From Pseudomonadota bacterium (GTDB lineage: Bacteria > Bdellovibrionota > FAC87 > UBA2466), in assembly GCA_043767805.1 (NCBI GenBank), contig JAYUGC010000193.1:1-45778 (forward strand): 45,778 bases of DNA, given 5' to 3'. The notes beneath the pieces were generated by a model, which saw nothing but the letters and a program-made list of their open reading frames with translations, searched no databases and was not told the DNA's origin. Shown piece after piece: positions 17,363 through 25,383 of this stretch. The position numbers and the translations under genes are program-made. Positions within the stretch are counted from its first letter, which is position 1. Every line of letters starts with the position of its first letter.

Positions 17363-19345
17363 TTATTTGCCACCGCTTAAGGGCCCGCGCTGGGTACCGG
17401 CCGCAGGAACCGAGGATCCGGTTTGGAGGTTAGTACCCGTGGCGCCGAGGCGACCGGGGACTACCGACCGAGGAGCCCCGCCTCTGCCGACACCCTGTGA
17501 AATCTTGTTCACGTTAGGAGTACCGACAGCGCCTTGGCCTCCGCCCTGAATCGCCGCAAGCTGCATCTGCATGTTGTTGCTGATGAGAGCCTGCATCGCC
17601 TGCTCTTCCTCTTTCAGCCCACCGAGCTGGCCTTCCAGCTTGCTGGCGGTGCTTTGGAGGTCGTCGCGGCGTTTCGCGAGCGCCTTGATCTTCTTGTTAC
17701 CTTCCGTAACCTTGGTCTGGACGTCGGCTTTGAACTTATTCAGTTCTTCTTCCGCAGTAGACGCCTGGTTAGACGCTGCCTGGAACTGACCCTGAACCGC
17801 CGACTGCGAGGCCTGGTCTTTCGCGAATTGCGCACCCTGCTGGATGGACTGAATCGCTTTGTTGGCCTTATCGAGTTTCGCTTGGAGCTCAGCTTCTTTC
17901 TTCGCTACCCAAGGCGGGAGAGCCGCACGGCCACCCTCTTTGAGCTCGGTCTCAAGAGCTTCGTCCAACTTAGCCGCACGGTCCTTCACGTTCTGCAGAG
18001 CCGACTGCGCCATCCGCAAGTCCGACTGAACCCGGGCTTTGCCCATCACGAGATCCGTGAGACCGGCGTTCTGTCCGAGGGTCGCCGCAATCGGCGTACG
18101 TCCTTCGAGCTTCGTGATCTGCTCTTGAGCATCGCGCAGTTCTTGCGTACCAGTCGCGGTAGGCAAGTCCAGCGTGATGGCCTGCTGCACTCCGCTCGAC
18201 TGCGGCTGCGGCAACTGGAGCGGCGCTAACGGCTGCTCTTCTTGCTGCTGCGGACGACTCGGGAGAGGCTGATCAAAGATGCTGTTGTCGTTCTGCCGAC
18301 CCTCGTTCTGCGCCTGCGGAGGAATCGTCGGCGGAGGCGGAGGAGGAGCAATCTGAGACGTCTGTTGCTGCTGTCCGAGGGCGTTCTGCAACAAGCCCGG
18401 AAGAATATCTTCGAGACGGTCTTTGTTCTCGTTGCGAGCCACATCGCCTACGCGAGAGGCCGAGGCAAACCGATTAAAGAGCTCGTTGACACCCGAGAGC
18501 TGCGCATCGAGCGAGCTACGGTTAGCGTCGAGCTGAGCTTTCAGAGCGTCGACACCGCCGCAGACTTGCGCCTTGAGGTTGTCGAGAGCTCCGTCGTTCA
18601 ACTCACCCGTGCCGAGGTTCTGCTGCTGGGCTTGCGCCTGCATCGCTTGGATAGCGGCCTGAAGCTGCGCATTGCGGGCGACTTCTTCGGCGAGCTTCTT
18701 CGCGTTCTCGGCGTCCTTCGCGGACGTGTCGGGCTTATCGCCTTTCGGCTCTTCTTTGATGACCGGCTTTTCGCCTTTCGGCTCTTCTTTCACGGGCTTC
18801 TCGTTCGGATCTTTATCCGTCAAGCCGAGGGCCGCGCGAACCGCGGGGTCAGCAAACAATTCTTCGAGAAACTTTTCGTCCTCGAGCTTCGTCTTGTCCA
18901 TCGCGAGAATCTTCTCGATGATGGTTTTCAAGGCGCTCTGGCGAATGAATCCGCCGAAGTCTTTCGCTTCGAGCTTTTCGAAGCCTTCTTTAGCGGCGGC
19001 GCGGAACGCGTCCTGGCTGCCGTCCTTGAAGGACTTCAACAAGCCGGCTTTCAAGCCTTCCGCAAACTGGAAGGGCTCGGCCGAGAAGCTCGTCGCGAAC
19101 TTCTTGAAGTCCGGCTCGGTGATGAGCCATTTCTCCGACTTCTCGACGCCCTTCTCGAATTTATCGAGACGCTGCACTTCGAGAGGCTTCTCGGAGACCT
19201 TCACTTGCTGCCAAAGTTTGAAGTCGGCCGCGAGCGCATTGCCTCCCGTCGCCAACGTAAGGACCATTAGTCCCATGTAGCTCAGCACTCCCAGTCGGGA
19301 CACCAGCTTGTTGGGATTTTTCGCATTCGGGTTAACGCTCTTCAT
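17363..19345 (-). CDS. secreted Gln/Pro-rich coiled-coil hypothetical protein (660 aa)
   Basis: GAAGGAG RBS before ATG 19345, signal peptide ending GNALA, poly-Q and poly-P linkers, long heptad-rich C-terminal region. Confidence 0.85.
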   Translation of the reverse strand: MKSVNPNAKNPNKLVSRLGVLSYMGLMVLTLATGGNALAADFKLWQQVKVSEKPLEVQRLDKFEKGVEKSEKWLITEPDFKKFATSFSAEPFQFAEGLKAGLLKSFKDGSQDAFRAAAKEGFEKLEAKDFGGFIRQSALKTIIEKILAMDKTKLEDEKFLEELFADPAVRAALGLTDKDPNEKPVKEEPKGEKPVIKEEPKGDKPDTSAKDAENAKKLAEEVARNAQLQAAIQAMQAQAQQQNLGTGELNDGALDNLKAQVCGGVDALKAQLDANRSSLDAQLSGVNELFNRFASASRVGDVARNENKDRLEDILPGLLQNALGQQQQTSQIAPPPPPPTIPPQAQNEGRQNDNSIFDQPLPSRPQQQEEQPLAPLQLPQPQSSGVQQAITLDLPTATGTQELRDAQEQITKLEGRTPIAATLGQNAGLTDLVMGKARVQSDLRMAQSALQNVKDRAAKLDEALETELKEGGRAALPPWVAKKEAELQAKLDKANKAIQSIQQGAQFAKDQASQSAVQGQFQAASNQASTAEEELNKFKADVQTKVTEGNKKIKALAKRRDDLQSTASKLEGQLGGLKEEEQAMQALISNNMQMQLAAIQGGGQGAVGTPNVNKISQGVGRGGAPRSVVPGRLGATGTNLQTGSSVPAAGTQRGPLSGGK

Positions 19346-19462
19346 TTCCGCTTCTCCTTCAACCAAGTACAAACAACTTCCACTAAGAACTACGGCTTGG
19401 GCTGCGATCCCGGCTGCACTGTGAGTGCGCAGTAGATCACAACTTCGCTCGGAGGCTTACAG

Positions 19463-19478
19463 AGCAAGGTGTGTGCCA
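19463..19478 (-). promoter_or_regulatory. sigma54 (-24/-12) promoter
   Basis: Minus strand reads TGGCAC-ACACC-TTGCT, matching TGGCAC-N5-TTGC, ~120 nt upstream of the 660-aa gene. Confidence 0.8.
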
Positions 19479-19745
19479 CGGAGGCGAGTAGGGATGTCTA
19501 CTCCCGGAATACCGACGATTCGTGCGTGAATGAGTGGTTGAGAGGGGGGCCCTCCCCCCGTGTCAGTCGCTCGTGTTTTGTGTCAACGCGGCTAACACCT
19601 GGTCTAGTCGACAAAAACGAATCTCAGCATTTTCAGGGAGTTAAAGAAGCTATCCCTAGCGTGTATCTGTACAGAGGGGTACCTGCCGTCAAACGTCACC
19701 AGGCACCAATTGCGTTAAAGCCAGGCTTCGAGGTAGGGTGCGGCC

Positions 19746-20189
19746 ATGCAGGGCGCGACTCAGCTTCTCTATATCACTCGGACGGTGGAGTTCTCCGCCG
19801 CCCACCGGCTGCATAGGGAAGATCTCTCTCAGGAACAGAACCAGGATCTCTTTGGCCCGTGCGCGAACGCGAACGGACACGGTCACAACTACGTGCTCGA
19901 GGCTACCTTTAAGGGCGTGGTCGATCCGCTTACCGGCATGGTCGTGCACTTCTCCTCGCTCCGCCGGCTCATGGACGAGCTGGTCGTGCGCCCCATGGAC
20001 CACAAGAATTTGAACTTCGACGTCCCCTTCCTCGCGGGCGTCTTGCCCTCCTCGGAGAACGTCATCTTGAAGCTCTGGCAGGAGATCAGCCGCGCCATTC
20101 CCGGCCAAGGCTGGAGCCTGCACAAACTAAAACTCGCCGCCTCCGCCCGGAACTGGGTGGAATATTTTGGACCAGATCATCATGGCTGA
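19746..20189 (+). CDS. 6-pyruvoyl-tetrahydropterin synthase / QueD-family T-fold enzyme
   Basis: [31 protein letters not shown] and PSSEN motifs; overlaps folE. Confidence 0.92.
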   Translation: MQGATQLLYITRTVEFSAAHRLHREDLSQEQNQDLFGPCANANGHGHNYVLEATFKGVVDPLTGMVVHFSSLRRLMDELVVRPMDHKNLNFDVPFLAGVLPSSENVILKLWQEISRAIPGQGWSLHKLKLAASARNWVEYFGPDHHG

Positions 20190-20748
20190 TACTCCGGGTT
20201 ACGATCCAAAACTCAAAGATTACGTCGTCAAACTGTTCGAGGCCATCGGCGAAGACCCGAAACGGGAAGGCCTGCAGAAAACCCCCGAGCGGCATTTGCG
20301 CGCGTTCGAGTTTCTGACTTCCGGCTACCGCTCCGATTTGGACAAGCTGGTGAACGAAGCGCTGTTCAAGGCCGAGAGCAACGACATGGTCGTCGTGCGC
20401 GACATCGAGCTTTACAGCATGTGCGAGCACCACCTGCTCCCCTTCTTCGGGAAATGCCACGTGGCCTACATCCCGGATAAGAAAATCATCGGTTTGTCGA
20501 AAATCGCCCGCGTGGTCGACCACTACGCCCGGCGCTTACAGGTTCAGGAACGGCTCACTCAGCAGATCGCTCAGTGTCTGATGACCCGCTTAAACCCCAT
20601 GGGGGTCGCGGTCATGATTGAGGCCCACCATCTCTGTATGATGATGCGCGGAGTGGAGAAGCAGAACGCGAGTACCCTGACCAGTTCCCTGCTCGGAGAC
20701 TTCCGTAACGCCGCGACCCGAGCCGAGTTTTTGAACTTGATTAAATAG
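20182..20748 (+). CDS. folE: GTP cyclohydrolase I
   Basis: [53 protein letters not shown]. Confidence 0.97.
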   Translation: MADTPGYDPKLKDYVVKLFEAIGEDPKREGLQKTPERHLRAFEFLTSGYRSDLDKLVNEALFKAESNDMVVVRDIELYSMCEHHLLPFFGKCHVAYIPDKKIIGLSKIARVVDHYARRLQVQERLTQQIAQCLMTRLNPMGVAVMIEAHHLCMMMRGVEKQNASTLTSSLLGDFRNAATRAEFLNLIK

Positions 20749-20828
20749 CGATAACTGTTAGAACATTCCACTCTTTGAGAAGTGCCGGACCGAAGCAAAA
20801 TGCCTCGGGGAAGCCGGTGGGTAAGTGA

Positions 20829-21374
20829 ATGAAAATAAAGGTTTCCCAGCTTCAAGAAGGGGAGAACCAGCTCGAGTACACCACTGAAAAGAGCGATTCT
20901 CTCCGCAAACTCGTCGAACGGATGGCCAAAGACCATACCGTCGAGGGGCCGTTCCGCGTCTCCTTGAACCTAACGAAACTGGATCCCGACTACTTCCTCC
21001 GGGGCAAACTGCAGTTCCTGCTGAAGCCGGATTGCTCTCGCTGTGCCGAGAGCTTCCCGTTCCCGGTGGACCATAAGTTCGAGCTCGGGCTCGTTCACCT
21101 GGCCAATGGTAAGCCCCAGCGGACCGCGACCCTTGCGGAAGAGACCGAAGAGCTCGACCTCAACTGGTTTTCGGACAACGAGTTGAGCTTCGAACCGATT
21201 TTGGAAGAACAGTTTCTGCTGAGTCTTCCCATACAGCCTCTGTGCCTGCCGGATTGCCTGGGGCTTTGCCAAACTTGCGGAAAGAATCTCAATGAAGAGG
21301 TCTGCAACTGTGGCGCGATGAAGGGGCCGAATCCCTTCGACGTGTTGAAGAATTTAAAGAGTTTAACGTTTTAG
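20829..21374 (+). CDS. yceD: DUF177/YceD family protein
   Basis: CSRC and LSLPIQPLCLPDCLGLCQTCGKNLNEEVCNC motifs; immediately upstream of rpmF. Confidence 0.9.
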   Translation: MKIKVSQLQEGENQLEYTTEKSDSLRKLVERMAKDHTVEGPFRVSLNLTKLDPDYFLRGKLQFLLKPDCSRCAESFPFPVDHKFELGLVHLANGKPQRTATLAEETEELDLNWFSDNELSFEPILEEQFLLSLPIQPLCLPDCLGLCQTCGKNLNEEVCNCGAMKGPNPFDVLKNLKSLTF

Positions 21375-21401
21375 TGGTTTAATTTCTGTCCTGGAGGAAA
21401 C

Positions 21402-21581
21402 GTGGCGGTACCTAAAAAGAAAACGACTCCCTCGAAGCGTGACATGCGCCGGTCGCATCATGCGCTCAAGACGACGAACGCGTATAAGTGTACGTCTTGC
21501 GGCGAGCCCACCCTGCCTCATCGGGTGTGCCCTCACTGCAATAACTACAAGGGGAAGCCGGTCTCCGCTTCTCAGGAATAA
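21402..21581 (+). CDS. rpmF: 50S ribosomal protein L32 (zinc-binding type; not in ORF track)
   Basis: GGAGG RBS then GTG: MAVPKKKTTPSKRDMRRSHH...CTSCGEPTLPHRVCPHC...QE-stop, 59 aa. Confidence 0.96.
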   Translation: MAVPKKKTTPSKRDMRRSHHALKTTNAYKCTSCGEPTLPHRVCPHCNNYKGKPVSASQE

Positions 21582-21590
21582 CCTCGAGGC

Positions 21591-22637
21591 ATGCCGTCCT
21601 CCGAGGGGATCCGGATTGTCGTGGACGCCATGGGTGGGGATTTCGCTCCCGGGGTGAACATCGACGGAGCACTAGCGGCTCTGGAAGCTGACGTGAACCT
21701 GCGGCTATTGCTCGTCGGACCGGCGGCCCTTTTAGAGAACGAGCTGAAGATCCGCGGCGTCTCGGCCGGACCTAGACTTTCTCTCGTGCACGCGGAGGAC
21801 GCCATTTCCATGGACGATCCCGCGGCGGGCTCCATCCGTAAGAAAAAGGGCTCGAGCATTCATGTGGGCCTTACCCTCGTCAAAGAAGGGAAAGCGGACG
21901 CGTTTGTCTCCGCGGGAAATAGCGGCGCCGTCATGGCGGGTGCCGCCCTTCTCCTGGGCCGTCTTCCGCACATCGAACGGCCCGCCATCGTGCTTCGCAT
22001 TCCCACGGCGGAAGGGTACGTCGTCATTTTGGACGGCGGCGCCAACGTCGACTGTAAGGCAAGCCAGCTCGTTCAATTCGCGCAGATGGGAAGCATTTAC
22101 GCCGAGGTCGTCGAGGGCATTCAAAAGCCGCGCGTGGCTCTACTCGCGAATGGCTCGGAAACGCACAAAGGCAACGAGCTTACCCGCGAGACCCACGCCC
22201 TTTTGGAAAAAAGCGAGAGCGTCAATTACCTGGGCTACGTGGAAGGCTACGATCTCTTTCGCGGGACCGCAGACGTCATCGTATGCGACGGCTTCGTCGG
22301 CAACGTGATCTTGAAAGTCTGCGAAGGATTGGCTGAGTCCGTCTTCCGCTGGTTTCGCACCGAAGTGAAACGCAATGCGCGCGGGCTCTTGGGCATCGCT
22401 TTCTTGCGGCCCCTTTTGCAAAAGTTTCGCGATAAGTTCGATTATCAGCCTTACGGGGCCGCTCCTTTACTCGGTATCGAAGGGGTCGTGCTCATCGGGC
22501 ACGGGGGCTCGACGGAAGTGGCGATCTGTAACGGCATTCTCACCGCATTAAAGAGCGTAGAGCGCGGGTTCATCACCGAGATTCACCGCCGCATCGGTCC
22601 CAGCGCGGCAACAGTGGACTCCAAGGAAGGTCGGTAA
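21591..22637 (+). CDS. plsX: phosphate acyltransferase PlsX
   Basis: VDAMGGDFAP, VSAGNSGA, LDGGANVD, DVIVCDGFVGNVILK, GAAPLLG. Confidence 0.97.
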   Translation: MPSSEGIRIVVDAMGGDFAPGVNIDGALAALEADVNLRLLLVGPAALLENELKIRGVSAGPRLSLVHAEDAISMDDPAAGSIRKKKGSSIHVGLTLVKEGKADAFVSAGNSGAVMAGAALLLGRLPHIERPAIVLRIPTAEGYVVILDGGANVDCKASQLVQFAQMGSIYAEVVEGIQKPRVALLANGSETHKGNELTRETHALLEKSESVNYLGYVEGYDLFRGTADVIVCDGFVGNVILKVCEGLAESVFRWFRTEVKRNARGLLGIAFLRPLLQKFRDKFDYQPYGAAPLLGIEGVVLIGHGGSTEVAICNGILTALKSVERGFITEIHRRIGPSAATVDSKEGR

Positions 22638-22639
22638 CT

Positions 22640-23629
22640 ATGTACCGTTCAAAAATCATCGGATTGGGAAGCGGGTTTCCAGAGGGCGTCATGACCAATG
22701 CCGATTTCGAGAAGTTCATCGAGACTTCCGACGAGTGGATCCGAAGCCGCACCGGCATCGAGACCCGCCGTATCGCCGACAGAAACAAAGGCGAGACAAC
22801 CCTGAGCCTCTGCCACTTGGCCGCAAAGAAAGCTTTGGATAAAGCGGGCATCAAGGGCGAAGACCTAGACGCCATTTTGATTGGTACGGTAACGCCCGAA
22901 AGCGTGATGCCGACCACCGCTAATTCCATCCAAGCGCTAGTGGGCGCGACCAAGGCATTCAGCCTCGATTTGCAGGCCGCTTGTTCCGGTTTTCTTTACG
23001 CCCTCTCCATCGCGGATCACTTCATTCGCGTGGGCACCGTGAAAAACGCGCTCGTCATCGGAGCCGAGACTCTATCGACCATCGTGAACTGGCAGGACCG
23101 CACGACTTGCGTTCTCTTCGGCGACGGCGCGGGTGCCGCGGTCGTTCAGCGCACCGAAGATCAATCGGCCGGCGTCCGGCGCATCGATTTACATTCCGAC
23201 GGCCGTTACGCTCACATCTTGAAAATTCCACATGGGTACGCGGCCGTTCCGCCCAACTCCGCCGAGTACCGAACCGACCACCACAAGATCATGATGCAAG
23301 GAGGAGAGGTTTTCAAAATAGCCTGCCGCAGCATGGTGGAATCGTCGAAAGCGACTTTGGACGCCGAAGGCGTGAAGCTCGAGGAAGTGGATTTCTTTCT
23401 CTTTCACCAAGCTAATATCCGCATCATCGATATGTGCTTGAGCCTTTTGAACGTGTCGCGCGACAAGACGCTCATCAACGTGAACAAGTACGGCAACACG
23501 TCGGCTGCCACCCTTCCCGTCTGTTTGGAAGAGGCTTTGGATACCGGCAAAGTGAAAAAAGGGCAGCTCGTGCTCATGGCCACCTTCGGTGGTGGTCTGA
23601 CCTGGGCCAGTGCTCTCATCCGAGTTTAA
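22640..23629 (+). CDS. fabH: beta-ketoacyl-ACP synthase III
   Basis: TSDEWIRSRTGI, AACSGF, LFGDGAGA, FHQAN, YGNTSAA, FGGGLTW. Confidence 0.97.
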   Translation: MYRSKIIGLGSGFPEGVMTNADFEKFIETSDEWIRSRTGIETRRIADRNKGETTLSLCHLAAKKALDKAGIKGEDLDAILIGTVTPESVMPTTANSIQALVGATKAFSLDLQAACSGFLYALSIADHFIRVGTVKNALVIGAETLSTIVNWQDRTTCVLFGDGAGAAVVQRTEDQSAGVRRIDLHSDGRYAHILKIPHGYAAVPPNSAEYRTDHHKIMMQGGEVFKIACRSMVESSKATLDAEGVKLEEVDFFLFHQANIRIIDMCLSLLNVSRDKTLINVNKYGNTSAATLPVCLEEALDTGKVKKGQLVLMATFGGGLTWASALIRV

Positions 23630-23642
23630 AGAGGAGTCCTTC

Positions 23643-24605
23643 ATGACGAAAATCGCAGCGCTCTTTCCCGGCCAGGGTTCTCAGGCGGTGGGCATGTCCA
23701 AGTTGATGCTCGAAAATTTCCCATGGGCGCGGGCCTATTACGAGGAAGCGTCCGACGCGCTATCGTTGAACGTCTTGAAACTTTGCCTGGACGGCCCCGC
23801 CGACAAGCTTCAGCTCACGGAGAACGCCCAGCCTGCGATTCTGGTCACCTCCTTCGCTTGGTTTCAGATCGCGGTTTCCGCGGTGGACTTCAAGCCGACG
23901 GCCGCGTCGGGACATAGCTTGGGCGAGTACACCGCGCTGACCGCGGCTGGCGCCTGCACTTTGACGGAAGCCGTACAGCTCGTGCGCGAGCGCGGACGCC
24001 TCATGCAGAACGCGGTTCCGGTCGGCAAGGGTAAGATGGCGGCGCTCATCGGACTCGACGACGACGCGGTAAAGGCACTTTGCGAAGCCGCCTCCCAGGG
24101 AGAGGACTCCCTCGTCGTTCCCGCCAACTTTAATGCTCCCTCTCAGGTGGTCATCGCGGGACATACCGCCGCGGTGGAGCGCGCGGAAAAACTCGCGGCC
24201 GGCGAAGGAAAGCCGGAGTGGAAAGCCCGTAAAGTCGTTCCCTTGAACGTCAGCGCGCCTTTCCATTCTCCCCTGATGAGCGAAGTCGCTAAGAAACTCG
24301 TGCCGTATCTCGAAGGCGTCAAGTGGAAGAAGCCCCTGTTTTCCATCGTAAACAATCTCGATGCGAAGTTGCGCTCCACGAACGCGTGGATTCCGCTGCT
24401 GCGCGATCAGGTCGATCACCCCGTCCTTTGGACCGATTGCGCGAAAACGCTGGAAACCGACGGTACGGTGGCCTACATCGAGGCGGGCCCGGGCAAAGTA
24501 CTCTCCGGCCTCGTAAAACGCTGCGTGGAGAACGGAAAGATTTTTAGCTGTGAGTCCGCGGAAGACGTAAAAAAACTAGAAGTCGCTTTTAGAGAGGGGA
24601 TCTAA
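23643..24605 (+). CDS. fabD: malonyl-CoA-ACP transacylase
   Basis: FPGQGSQ, GHSLGEY, VSAPFHS and EAGPGKVL; GAGGAG RBS before ATG 23643. Confidence 0.97.
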   Translation: MTKIAALFPGQGSQAVGMSKLMLENFPWARAYYEEASDALSLNVLKLCLDGPADKLQLTENAQPAILVTSFAWFQIAVSAVDFKPTAASGHSLGEYTALTAAGACTLTEAVQLVRERGRLMQNAVPVGKGKMAALIGLDDDAVKALCEAASQGEDSLVVPANFNAPSQVVIAGHTAAVERAEKLAAGEGKPEWKARKVVPLNVSAPFHSPLMSEVAKKLVPYLEGVKWKKPLFSIVNNLDAKLRSTNAWIPLLRDQVDHPVLWTDCAKTLETDGTVAYIEAGPGKVLSGLVKRCVENGKIFSCESAEDVKKLEVAFREGI

Positions 24606-24606
24606 A

Positions 24607-25350
24607 ATGTTGCTCAAAGGGGAAGTTGCTCTCGTTACCGGAGGATCGCGCGGCATTGGGCGCGCGGTGGCCATCGCGCTCGCCAGGCAAGGCGCGGAAG
24701 TCATCGTCAATTACCTGTCCAACCAGGCGAAAGCCGAGGAAGTCGTTGCCGAGATCAAAAAGTTCGGGGGTACGGCCTCCGCTCTGAAATTCGACGTCGC
24801 CAACGTGACCGAAACGCAAGGAGCGGTCAGCGCGCTGCTGAAAGAGAAGAAGTCCATCGGGATTCTCGTCAATAACGCCGGTATTACACGGGACGGTCTC
24901 ATGATGCGTTATTCTTCCGACGACTGGGACGCGGTGTTGAGTACCAACCTTCGTGGCGCTTTCACCGTCTCTCAAGCCCTCGTTCGAAGTATGATGAAGG
25001 ATCGCAAAGGCTCCATCATTCACCTGAGCTCAATCGTGGGCATCATGGGAAACCCCGGCCAGGCGGCTTATTGCGCCGCTAAGGCGGGCATCATCGGGCT
25101 CACGAAATCCATGGCGAAGGAGCTCGCCTCGAGGAACATCCGCGTGAACGCGGTGGCGCCGGGCTTCATCGATACGGACATGACTCACGAGCTCACGCCC
25201 GAGCAGAAAACGGAAATGATGAAGGCCATTCCGCTGGGCCGCACAGGCACTCCCGAAGAAATCGCGCAAGCGGTCGTTTACCTCGCCTCTTCCGCCAGCT
25301 CCTACGTCACCGGTCAGGTGCTCGTAGTCGACGGTGGCATGGCGATGTAA
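24607..25350 (+). CDS. fabG: 3-oxoacyl-ACP reductase
   Basis: TGGSRGIG, NNAGITRD, YCAAK, VAPGFIDTDMT, VDGGM. Confidence 0.97.
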   Translation: MLLKGEVALVTGGSRGIGRAVAIALARQGAEVIVNYLSNQAKAEEVVAEIKKFGGTASALKFDVANVTETQGAVSALLKEKKSIGILVNNAGITRDGLMMRYSSDDWDAVLSTNLRGAFTVSQALVRSMMKDRKGSIIHLSSIVGIMGNPGQAAYCAAKAGIIGLTKSMAKELASRNIRVNAVAPGFIDTDMTHELTPEQKTEMMKAIPLGRTGTPEEIAQAVVYLASSASSYVTGQVLVVDGGMAM

Positions 25351-25351
25351 T

Positions 25352-25379
25352 CTTAAAAGGTAGGCCCCTACCTTTTAAG
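25352..25379. repeat. perfect inverted repeat (bidirectional terminator or REP-like element)
   Basis: CTTAAAAGGTAGG-CC-CCTACCTTTTAAG between the convergent fabG and subtilase stop codons. Confidence 0.7.
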
Positions 25380-25383
25380 GCGA

